DNA of 50,796 bases from a virus. Its lineage: Duplodnaviria > Caudoviricetes. The notes under the pieces were generated by a model. The model had not been told where the DNA came from, made no database searches, and saw only the letters and a program-made list of their open reading frames with translations. This document shows positions 37,482 through 46,545 of the stretch, piece after piece. The position numbers and the translations under genes were made by a program. How positions within the stretch are numbered: position 1 is the first letter of the stretch; every line of letters begins with the position of its first letter. Where the stretch lies: positions 1 through 50,796 of IMG/VR virus record IMGVR_UViG_3300020205_001870; one strand, 5' to 3'.

Positions 37482-38540
37482 ATGCACTCTTCCGGATCTA
37501 TCATTAAGACGTATTGCGAAAAGGTCCGTCACTACTTGGATGATCCTGATTTGGATGCTAAGTACGACGATAATTATTTGGTTCGTTTCTTCTTGTCGAG
37601 CGCAATGACGGACATCATTTCAAGGGTGTCCCAAATGTCTGATGCGCAAGTTCTTTCTGCGATCAGCATCAATGTTGTAGCTGGGACCAACAGTTACAAA
37701 CTGCCCCCGGCTGTAGCGCAAGTCATGCGTATTGGCACGGTAGATTCTTCGACGGGTCTATTTATTGAAGACCTAAAACCGAGGGGCCATTTTAATCCCT
37801 TTGGTTCAAATTGGTCTATTCAAGGGAACACCATTGTCTTTCAACCTGCGATCCAAGAAACTAAAACCTACACGCTGGTTTTTATTCCTAGTGGGGACGT
37901 TGTTTGCCATTACGTTTCTACTGCCACGGGGTCATTGAATTCCAATGAGACGTTCACTATGCCTACAACCGTGACCATTGGGTCATTGGATAAAAGGCCG
38001 AACGCTTATACCGGTTCTTATCTTCGAGTGTTTGGGCCATCTATTACAGACGAAGTTCTTGTAACGGACCATGATGCAGCCCTACGAATTCTAACCCCCT
38101 CAACGCTTTTTCAGAATTCTGCAGGAACATACTCTTATGAGGTTGTTCCGTTTCTGATGGAGCCAATGATCGACGCTATTTCAATTAGCGCGGCTATGCG
38201 AGCGGGTGTAGGGCGTAAGATTTCTCAAGCGCACATGCAGGCTTTGACATTGGCTTATAAACAAGCCATTAAAACTGCGCATGACACGCTTGGAAATATG
38301 AACGGACGCATAGGAAAGCGATTTGATGATAACACCATTGACGCGCCTCCGTTTTTTATAGGCTCTTCTACTGGCGGGGGAGCAGGATCTAATGCAGGTG
38401 GCACAGGGGCTTGTGATTGCAATGACGTTGCGAGCGAAACGCTTCAACAACAAATCATTTTGACCCTAGATCAAATTCAGGTGGATATAAATTTGCTCCA
38501 GACTGAAGGGGTAAACGGGGAGTATTGGGGTGCACCTTAA
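37482..38540 (+). CDS. Putative head-tail adaptor
   Basis: VRHYLDD...AMTDI...INVVAGTNSYKLP pattern typical of adaptor proteins. Confidence 0.6.
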   Translation: MHSSGSIIKTYCEKVRHYLDDPDLDAKYDDNYLVRFFLSSAMTDIISRVSQMSDAQVLSAISINVVAGTNSYKLPPAVAQVMRIGTVDSSTGLFIEDLKPRGHFNPFGSNWSIQGNTIVFQPAIQETKTYTLVFIPSGDVVCHYVSTATGSLNSNETFTMPTTVTIGSLDKRPNAYTGSYLRVFGPSITDEVLVTDHDAALRILTPSTLFQNSAGTYSYEVVPFLMEPMIDAISISAAMRAGVGRKISQAHMQALTLAYKQAIKTAHDTLGNMNGRIGKRFDDNTIDAPPFFIGSSTGGGAGSNAGGTGACDCNDVASETLQQQIILTLDQIQVDINLLQTEGVNGEYWGAP

Positions 38541-38555
38541 GAAGAGGACAAAATA

Positions 38556-39677
38556 ATGGCGGGCATTGGTTACCCCTACGTTTCTGCAGTTCAAGATCTT
38601 TGGTTGTATGAACCAAGAACTGTGACGTGGAATAGTGGTTCAAATAGCGGGGTGTTTGAATACCCTGTTGCTTGGAATCCCGGATCTCCTCTTTATGGAT
38701 ATCGCGCATCCCTTCAGGGTATTTCTCTTCGCTGGAGAATTGCAACCGCCTCTGCAGCTACGTATTTAGCACCTGCTTTGTATGCGGCTTATGCGGCGAT
38801 TAATAACCCCGCAACGCCCGCTAATAAATGGGCGTTTTTCAATTGTTATCCGATGCCTCTTTATGCGGTGTCTAAAAAGTTTTGTTGGACCTGCGCTCAT
38901 TGCTTTGCTGCTTCGGGAGAAAGAAACCCCACTAGAACTTTTAGAGAAAGTGTGTTCGGCCCTGAAACTTTAAACGATAAGTTGATGGTTTCAAAGTGGA
39001 TGAACAAAGACAATCAGATCACAGACACAGTGCAGACAGATCAAATGTTGCCTCCATTTAACGTGGACACACCTCAAAATTTTAGAAGTGGCTTTGATCT
39101 TTCACTTACGGAACTGCACAACCCCCTGTCCTTTAATCCCTTAACGGTTGTGGATGTTCGTTCGTTGCGTCCGGGTTCGACAATGTGGTATATCGACTCG
39201 GCAATGAAAATTATTCGTTTCCGTATGGACGGAGCGGGAGTAAAAAGGAGAACGGTGTCAAGTTCACCATACTCCTTTGACCGGGTAAAGGCTACGGCTA
39301 TGTTGCCTGATGGATCTGCGGTCGCATCCGCTTATGCTTATCAGCATGATTCGGGCTCTGTTTTTCTTGCAGAGATTCAACCGCCCTCAAGTCCTACGGC
39401 GGGAGATGGAGTTTTGGGCTTGGTTCCTTGGCACCAATTTACGGGGGGTCAATTAGGAGAGACAACGGACCATGAAAACTATGGGGAATTTACAGCCTAT
39501 GGTTATCAAGGTTCTTCCCCTGTTTATTCAAACGTGCGCAATTATATGAGTGCCCGGTTTTTTCCCATGACTCCGGCTCAAAAAGCAAAGAGGCAACATT
39601 CGGATCTTTTGCTCGTCAGCACATTAGACCGCTTGGTTGAAAAAGTAAATTCTATCACTGTGGATCTTACCCCATGA
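38556..39677 (+). CDS. Trypsin-fold serine-protease-like tail-module protein
   Basis: Ordered triad motifs TCAHC (His), FDLSL (Asp), HDSGS (Ser). Confidence 0.6.
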   Translation: MAGIGYPYVSAVQDLWLYEPRTVTWNSGSNSGVFEYPVAWNPGSPLYGYRASLQGISLRWRIATASAATYLAPALYAAYAAINNPATPANKWAFFNCYPMPLYAVSKKFCWTCAHCFAASGERNPTRTFRESVFGPETLNDKLMVSKWMNKDNQITDTVQTDQMLPPFNVDTPQNFRSGFDLSLTELHNPLSFNPLTVVDVRSLRPGSTMWYIDSAMKIIRFRMDGAGVKRRTVSSSPYSFDRVKATAMLPDGSAVASAYAYQHDSGSVFLAEIQPPSSPTAGDGVLGLVPWHQFTGGQLGETTDHENYGEFTAYGYQGSSPVYSNVRNYMSARFFPMTPAQKAKRQHSDLLLVSTLDRLVEKVNSITVDLTP

Positions 39678-40549
39678 TTACCGGCCCAATTCTTCTTCGG
39701 ACCTTTCACGATGTTAATTCAGTGGCCCCTTATCCAGCGTACAACACTGTGGGGGGTAACCCCGGGGAGATAGTGACCTGCAGTAAAACAGGGCGTATGT
39801 GGATCCTGCAGAAAAACGGGTCAGAACGAGTATACATCCCTGTGCGCCCTGAATTTAGATACTCAGATCCATTAGCGGGAGTGTCGGAAGCAGGTGTGAA
39901 GGGGTATACCTTTTCATCAGGCCCTTCCACTTATCAGGGCTTAGAACTGTATGGCCCAACTAAAGTAACAGGTAGTTCGTTTGAAGTTTCAAATCTAGTT
40001 CTTATTAACAATACAGCTGCAGCGTTTAAAACAAAGATCCAAGGCCAAAAGGGTATTTACCTTTATAAGCTGGATGTGGGTACGGGAAACGATGTTCTTG
40101 CTCCGGACATTCCTAGTTTAGGAACAAATGAGTTTGGGGAGATTGTTGCCACGGAATCTTATGCCCTAAGAAACATCTTAGACGCAGATCTCCCGTTGAC
40201 CCCAAACACTAGCACAGAAATAGTGGACTTAAGATCAAGTACGGGAACTACAGGAGAGGGTAAAAGTGTGTATGTAGAAGCGGTTATTCAGTTTAACCAC
40301 ACTGGAAGTCACGTCGTGACTGCCGCTCTGTATGACCATAGTCTTTCAGTCTATATTTCTAGTTCTAAAGTATCTATGAACGGGTGGGCTCAAGTAAAAC
40401 TGAGCGGCTTTGCGCCCGCTGGAAATCAAATCCGGGTTTATGTCCAGTGTGATGTTAACGCTGTTGTAAAGGCGCAGGTCGGAACTTATAACTCCCCTGC
40501 TACCCACATAACGCTGACCGAAACAAGATATCCTGATCCATCGTTATGA
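39674..40549 (+). CDS. Putative tail fibre/spike protein
   Basis: ATGA-coupled; beta-rich C-terminal domain. Confidence 0.55.
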   Translation: MITGPILLRTFHDVNSVAPYPAYNTVGGNPGEIVTCSKTGRMWILQKNGSERVYIPVRPEFRYSDPLAGVSEAGVKGYTFSSGPSTYQGLELYGPTKVTGSSFEVSNLVLINNTAAAFKTKIQGQKGIYLYKLDVGTGNDVLAPDIPSLGTNEFGEIVATESYALRNILDADLPLTPNTSTEIVDLRSSTGTTGEGKSVYVEAVIQFNHTGSHVVTAALYDHSLSVYISSSKVSMNGWAQVKLSGFAPAGNQIRVYVQCDVNAVVKAQVGTYNSPATHITLTETRYPDPSL

Positions 40550-41334
40550 GCAATAACCCAGAGCAACTTGACACTGCAAATAGGGAATTTGAACAGATAG
40601 GCCCATCTGTTTCGACTGTCCTATCCCAACGATTGACTCAGGGTTTTCAAATTGCAACCATTTCCCCGGGCCTTAAATTTTTAGGGCCAACAAACTATTC
40701 CGCTCCCGGATCTGTTCCCAACCAAACCGGACCATCGTTAGCCGCAAACTTCTTCAGTGGGGGTGGCGACGGCTTTGGCGATTCAAGTCCGATGTTTTTT
40801 AATGTCATAAACAATCCTCCCCTTTCGGGAACTGCAAATCCTGAATCTGTTCCTGCTACGGGCCCTGAAGAAAAGATCCGTTATTCGTGTGTGGATGGAA
40901 GATGTCTACAGGATCCCAATGGGGATTATTTAGGCATTGAAGAATGTTTGGCTGCCCCCTGCATTTCTTCAGGCGGGGGTCCGGGAGATGATCCCTGCGA
41001 TTGCGGCTATGGACCCAGCTTAACGATCTTTAAAGCTCGTATTACAGGAATTACAAATACCGAGGGGGGTAGTTCTTCAGGTGGTAAAACTTATTGGACT
41101 TATAGTTTTACAGAGGTTACTGCTGGAACCCCGAGAACAAATGTTACTTTAAGTTCTGCGGCTCGAAATGAGCATGAACTTACAATGCCTAATAACGGCG
41201 GTAATTCTGTTCCTGCAGGAACAACTATAACCCGCAAAAGAATTCCGAACGATGCAGTAGTCCCTTTGTTTTTAGATGAAGACGGGATTCCTTGGTTCCA
41301 CTTTATTAATCCCTTAGGGATAACTTGCACATGA
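40546..41334 (+). CDS. Tail-module protein with a small Cys motif
   Basis: YSCVDGRCLQDPNGDY...EC...C; WTYSFTEV...ARNEHE. Confidence 0.55.
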   Translation: MSNNPEQLDTANREFEQIGPSVSTVLSQRLTQGFQIATISPGLKFLGPTNYSAPGSVPNQTGPSLAANFFSGGGDGFGDSSPMFFNVINNPPLSGTANPESVPATGPEEKIRYSCVDGRCLQDPNGDYLGIEECLAAPCISSGGGPGDDPCDCGYGPSLTIFKARITGITNTEGGSSSGGKTYWTYSFTEVTAGTPRTNVTLSSAARNEHELTMPNNGGNSVPAGTTITRKRIPNDAVVPLFLDEDGIPWFHFINPLGITCT

Positions 41335-42401
41335 GTATTCTTGCGGCTGCTTGTTGTTGCACAGTTCCTTCTGTGTGTCCTAAGTGGTACGCAACCTCCT
41401 ATTTGGCAAGCGGCATTAGTGGAAGTGTTTCTTTCTCTAAACAATACAACTTTAGTTATAGTTGTTGGTGCCCGGTAGGGGAACCCAATACTATCCCTAC
41501 GTCCTACTCTATTGATGTCTCTTATAGTCAAGTGACACCAATTGTTATGGTGTTAGATGATTCTCTTGGCCCAAGTGGTTGTTGCTATAGAGGACAAGGA
41601 CAAATTGAAATTCAGTATTCGGTAACTCTTATACACGCAGTACACTGGTGTGATTGGTCCGATGCAAATCTTTGTCCTTGGGGGGAAGGAGATCCCCCGG
41701 ACGATTGGACCGCAGTTCAATACGAAGAAGTAACTCTTACGGGATCTGCAACTGTAGATTGTTGTTTAGACGTTATCCCCTTCGGAACATTTGCTAATGA
41801 AGGTTGGCCCGCAGGTGCAACGGGGGCTACGCCTACCTTTCTCCACACCTTAAACATTTGCGACTTCCCTGTAGGGGGATCTATTACCCCGCTTTATGAC
41901 AGCGTCGGTGGGATCTATGGCCCTTGTTATGCGGTGGGAGGGATTCCTTTCAGTTTACGATGCGTAGGGGCGCAATTTGCTTGGATTAGCCCCCGGCAGG
42001 AGTTGGATACTTTGGCGGGAGAACCGAAAGGTTTTCTTAGCGTCTGTCAAACTTCAAGTAATGAATCTCTTAGGCGATGTGGACCCGGTTTGCAGTCAGG
42101 GGTTTGTGCTTCAGATCAGCTCTCTTGCTACCCCTGTGTCGCACTGAACCAACTAAATCACGGCCCCTTCGCAATGGTTGGGGTTGAAGAATTTGGGGGC
42201 CAAGATATTCCGGAACCATGTACGCTCGGCACAACTGGAACTCTGGCCACATTTAAAACTGTCCCCACAGCGGGTGGTGGTAGTCAGACTTGTGGGTTAG
42301 ATCCAAGTTTAGATTGCAATCCATATGGGTCTTTAGATGAGGCTACGCTCTGCTGCGACATTCTCCGAACCATCTCAAAGACGGGATGGATTTACACATG
42401 A
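41331..42401 (+). CDS. Cysteine-rich tail-module protein
   Basis: AAACCC N-terminus; 25 Cys counted. Confidence 0.65.
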   Translation: MSILAAACCCTVPSVCPKWYATSYLASGISGSVSFSKQYNFSYSCWCPVGEPNTIPTSYSIDVSYSQVTPIVMVLDDSLGPSGCCYRGQGQIEIQYSVTLIHAVHWCDWSDANLCPWGEGDPPDDWTAVQYEEVTLTGSATVDCCLDVIPFGTFANEGWPAGATGATPTFLHTLNICDFPVGGSITPLYDSVGGIYGPCYAVGGIPFSLRCVGAQFAWISPRQELDTLAGEPKGFLSVCQTSSNESLRRCGPGLQSGVCASDQLSCYPCVALNQLNHGPFAMVGVEEFGGQDIPEPCTLGTTGTLATFKTVPTAGGGSQTCGLDPSLDCNPYGSLDEATLCCDILRTISKTGWIYT

Positions 42402-42838
42402 TCTGCATTTCGTTGATTGAAAAAAATTGCACGAACGCCGAGGCCGTTGCTCTTTACGGATCCCGTCCTAGTCCGGGCATTTGCTCTATTTGTGCTTTGC
42501 ATTCCGAGCGTGCCCCCACTGAACCGCCTTTGCCCCTACCCCCAGAACCAGTGGGGGTCCCTAAAATCACTTCCCGAGTTGCAAGCTGGCTAAAGGCAGA
42601 AGTTAGTTTAGTTGTGGAAGGGCCTTTGGCGGATCTTGATTATGAAGTAAGAATGGATACGTGCCGTAAATGTGATCGTCTTGAAAGTTCTTCTGAGCCT
42701 AATAAAGTGGGATTTTGTTCCGCTTGTGGGTGTGGGAGTAATCGGCGAGCAGAGTTGACTGTAAAGGGCCGAATGCCAAAGGCTAAATGCCCACTGAATT
42801 ACTGGCCCAAAATTGAAAGTAGAACGGGAGAACCTTAA
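42398..42838 (+). CDS. Small CxxC-rich protein
   Basis: CSIC, RMDTCRKC, CSACGC, KCPLNYW. Confidence 0.7.
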   Translation: MICISLIEKNCTNAEAVALYGSRPSPGICSICALHSERAPTEPPLPLPPEPVGVPKITSRVASWLKAEVSLVVEGPLADLDYEVRMDTCRKCDRLESSSEPNKVGFCSACGCGSNRRAELTVKGRMPKAKCPLNYWPKIESRTGEP

Positions 42839-45800
42839 TGACGGACATTAAAAACGATTGGTCTTATCCAGTAATGGAAACTACGTTGGACAAACGCCTT
42901 GAAAGGCCGGGAGTTCAGCGGGGTTACGCTAGTGAAATGACCGGCGTAGATGGACGTAGTGAGGGGGGCCTTAAACCCTTCCCCGGTTTTAAAAAGGTTT
43001 ACACACTTTCCGGGTTGCAGAGCCAGCCGAATCACACAATTAAATCTGTTGTGTCGGATTTAAAGGCTGTCGATTTTAGGATTGGCTCAGATCATTATGC
43101 TTATGGATTTGTTTATCGCGCCATCCGCCCCGCTGCGCCGACGCTAAGTGATGTCTTTCTAGACTATTGGGACTCTGTAAATCAAAGTTGGACTCAAGCG
43201 ATTGTGTTGATGAGTGGCGTTTCAATCTCGGCACAGTTTGATGTTCAAGTTGCAGGGCGGTTTGTTTATTGTTTTGCGGAAGGTCGTAGCCCTTCGTTGT
43301 TTTATATTGAGGCTACACGCACGAAAGAATACATTTGTGAAGCCGATGCATTTGTAAACAGTGCTGCAGCTACAACAAATTACGAATCTAGTCAACCGTT
43401 AACCCTAGAACTTATTAGCGGTTCAAGTACAAAAAATATCTTTTTGCGCTTCGATACTTCGGCAGAAACAAATGAGCTTGTTGAGTCTGCCGTTCTAGAG
43501 TTTACGGTCACCGGTAATTCAATTACTGCTGCATCGGGAACCCTACATGTTGCCCCTCTAAGTGATCCGGGAACAACGGCGGTTCTTTGGAATGAAGCTC
43601 AAACAACATGGAACCTGCGAGCAACGGCTGTAAATTGGTCTACAGCCGGAGGTTCTTATGAAGCAGGTCATGAAATCAATTACACGCTGCTTAAAAATTA
43701 TTTAGGCAAAGTGCAGTTGTCAACAACAAACATTGTACAACGAGCCGTAAATGGTTTGTCTCAAGCCTTTACCCGTAAAACAGATGTAATTGTTCGAGGG
43801 ACGACAGGGAATAATTTGGTTTCTCTTGCGGGTAAATCGCAATCAAATTACTCTATTCGACCTAAGTTAGTTGTCACCTACACCAATAAAGTGTTTTTGA
43901 CCCCCACAATTATTGGGGTTACGGGAACAGGATCTATTCCGGGCCCCGGTAAGCAGCCTTCTTTGTCTAGTCCTGAGCGGGGTATCGCTCCCGGAAGCTT
44001 TACCAGTTTGGATGCTGGAAGACCCTCTAGTGCTCAAATTGTTTTGATCTCTGATAACCCTTATTCCTCAGACAACTTTTTTCCCAATCAAGCAACAGGA
44101 ATTTGTTACAACGATACGGTTCCTTCCCCAGCTGTTGTTACTCCCCCGGGAAGCCCCTATACCCATACTCCTACGGCGGGTGCTTGTACGGGCTACACAA
44201 GTACAGGACTGATTACACAACTGTTGACCCCTGCAAATAAGCAGACCAGTGTCAGCGTTACGCCGAAATTGGATTGGACAACGTATTACACAACTGGCCA
44301 AAGCATCGGTCCAAACACTCGGTGGGATGTTTACATGGTTGAGGATGGGCAGGGCATACTCTCACAAAAACGATTGAATACAGTTGACTTGACAGAGACA
44401 AGCTTTGAACCAGCAAATTTGTTCCCAAACCTTCGCCTAGCTTACGGTAAAAAGTATTTGTGGAAGGTTGTTGCAAAGCGCATGGACTGTGCTGACTTTT
44501 ATGTTGAAAGCACTGTCGGTTCCTTTACAACAGAGAATAGATATCAAGCTCGAAAGTTTGAACCGGGTGATTACAGCTTCGGCTACGTTTTGGGTAGTTC
44601 AAAGACGGGGCGTAAAAGTGCCTTTAGCACTGTTGCTCAAGTCCGCAGTGAAGACTTTACGATTGCCCGGACACAAAATGGAAATACCATCAGTGTCAAA
44701 CAAGATCAGTATGTCGGCGTAGAGATCGTATATGACTCCGCTAAATACGATCAAATGTATGTTTATCGCAGCGTCAAGATTCAAGATGCAGGAGGCACCA
44801 TGGTTGCTGGTCTGCCCTTTCTTGATGCAATTGTCCGATTGTCGGATTACCACACTTGTTTGAATGGGACTGGTCGCACCTTTGGAGATGCAACGACTAA
44901 TCGACATGCAATGTATTTCTACGAACTTGAGGACAAGCAACTTGTTTATCAAAATGCATACGTAGATCGAAGCGTCTTTGATGAAACAATGCCATTTGCG
45001 GGCACTGCGTTCTTTTATCAGAACACAATGCTGACATCTAAGATTTCTACCCCTCAAGTTTCTACGACTGAAGAGAATAGAATTTCCGACTCTACGCGAG
45101 GGCTTGGGGAAATGCGTTGGTCTAGTCTCATGGACCTAACGCCAGAATTGTTCCCACCCTTTAACCGTTATAACCCAACGGTACCGAGCAATGAAATTAT
45201 ACGGTTTTCGGGGGTGGGTTCAAACGTATTGGGTTTTTCGAGGGACAAAGTATATCACCTTCGTAAGTCTGGTCCTTACGTCAAGGTGACAGAAATGCAT
45301 GAGGGCTACGGGATTGTAAATCAGAAGGCTGTAGATACCGTTGGCTCTGCTGCTTACTACGTAACTAGCCACGGGTTGAAGAGTGTTGATGGTCAAGGAC
45401 AACTTGATGAGATCCGAAATCTCAACACGGTCTTTGTTCGTGAGTGGAAGAACACGCTTCAATATGTGCAGGTGGTTCATGACCCATTTATGAACTGCTT
45501 GTTTATCCACAACCCTGTAAGAGAAGAAACTTATATTCTTTGGTTTTCTACGGGTAAAACAACGAAGCTTGAAGACACAAATTTTGATTTGGTGGCTCAA
45601 GGTTCATGGCCTATTCAGTGGTTAACAAATCTACAAGCGTCTAATGATCTAAGTCGTCGGGCTTTCTTTCTGCAGAACAATCAAGACCCGCGTGTAAGTG
45701 GGGTAGGATTTAATACCTTTACAGGCCCCACGATTTATATCGTGGACAACTATGGATTTAAATCCGTAGTAAATGGTTCTAGTTCTTGGAACGGACAAAG

Positions 45801-46545
45801 ACGGATAACAACTCTTGACTTTCAGGGCGATAGTCGATTTGTTGCTTCGGCCAACTGGGATCCAACAAATCTCCAGATTCCAATTACAAGTGCCACAGGC
45901 ACAGTCGTTGGAACAAACAATTGGCGATTCGCCTATGTTTACCTAGTGGCATCCTCGACAAACCCTTCATTGGTGGGTTCAAAAGCCAAAGTGTTACATA
46001 ACACATCGACGGGGGTCTATGTTCAAAACACCGGATCTCAAGCGTGGGTTACATCTATTGTGGCCGGGGACATCTTTGTCGTTAGCCCGGTTCCATTTGA
46101 GTGGGTCGGACATCCACTAGGCCTGTCTAACGAACAAGGGCTAATCTATTCAAACGCGGACTTTTTCCGTATGAAAATTGTCAGCAGTTTGGGGGCAAGT
46201 TTTTCCGATGTCTCGGGCCCCCCGATAACGGATGTAATTACAACTACTTCACCGTTGGACAGATTTTCAGCCGTTATTTATTCCGGAACTCAAGATCTTC
46301 CTTTGGCAACGGCTTTGACTAAAGAGACTAATGGAACCCTTTATAGTTCGGTTGAAGACGATGAAGGGTTGGTGTATGCGGCGTTTGGTTCCGATTCTTC
46401 AGATGGAAGATACGGAGTCAAAGGAACGACTTTGAGTCCGGGCATTAAAATTTTGTGCCCTGATCTCGACTTTCGTCTCTTGGGTTGCATTGTTCGGGGA
46501 AGCATTACGTCCGTTGAACGGACATCTAACAACCGAGGTAGCTGA
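42838..46545 (+). CDS. Putative tail nozzle/stabilisation protein with inserted DNRLRE(CBM96)-like and FN3-like domains
   Basis: GEMRWS...PELFP and GYGIVNQKAV propeller-like motifs; ADAFV...TNY...LRFD...WNE..TTWN...WSTAGG; YLWKVVA. Confidence 0.6.
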   Translation: MTDIKNDWSYPVMETTLDKRLERPGVQRGYASEMTGVDGRSEGGLKPFPGFKKVYTLSGLQSQPNHTIKSVVSDLKAVDFRIGSDHYAYGFVYRAIRPAAPTLSDVFLDYWDSVNQSWTQAIVLMSGVSISAQFDVQVAGRFVYCFAEGRSPSLFYIEATRTKEYICEADAFVNSAAATTNYESSQPLTLELISGSSTKNIFLRFDTSAETNELVESAVLEFTVTGNSITAASGTLHVAPLSDPGTTAVLWNEAQTTWNLRATAVNWSTAGGSYEAGHEINYTLLKNYLGKVQLSTTNIVQRAVNGLSQAFTRKTDVIVRGTTGNNLVSLAGKSQSNYSIRPKLVVTYTNKVFLTPTIIGVTGTGSIPGPGKQPSLSSPERGIAPGSFTSLDAGRPSSAQIVLISDNPYSSDNFFPNQATGICYNDTVPSPAVVTPPGSPYTHTPTAGACTGYTSTGLITQLLTPANKQTSVSVTPKLDWTTYYTTGQSIGPNTRWDVYMVEDGQGILSQKRLNTVDLTETSFEPANLFPNLRLAYGKKYLWKVVAKRMDCADFYVESTVGSFTTENRYQARKFEPGDYSFGYVLGSSKTGRKSAFSTVAQVRSEDFTIARTQNGNTISVKQDQYVGVEIVYDSAKYDQMYVYRSVKIQDAGGTMVAGLPFLDAIVRLSDYHTCLNGTGRTFGDATTNRHAMYFYELEDKQLVYQNAYVDRSVFDETMPFAGTAFFYQNTMLTSKISTPQVSTTEENRISDSTRGLGEMRWSSLMDLTPELFPPFNRYNPTVPSNEIIRFSGVGSNVLGFSRDKVYHLRKSGPYVKVTEMHEGYGIVNQKAVDTVGSAAYYVTSHGLKSVDGQGQLDEIRNLNTVFVREWKNTLQYVQVVHDPFMNCLFIHNPVREETYILWFSTGKTTKLEDTNFDLVAQGSWPIQWLTNLQASNDLSRRAFFLQNNQDPRVSGVGFNTFTGPTIYIVDNYGFKSVVNGSSSWNGQRRITTLDFQGDSRFVASANWDPTNLQIPITSATGTVVGTNNWRFAYVYLVASSTNPSLVGSKAKVLHNTSTGVYVQNTGSQAWVTSIVAGDIFVVSPVPFEWVGHPLGLSNEQGLIYSNADFFRMKIVSSLGASFSDVSGPPITDVITTTSPLDRFSAVIYSGTQDLPLATALTKETNGTLYSSVEDDEGLVYAAFGSDSSDGRYGVKGTTLSPGIKILCPDLDFRLLGCIVRGSITSVERTSNNRGS

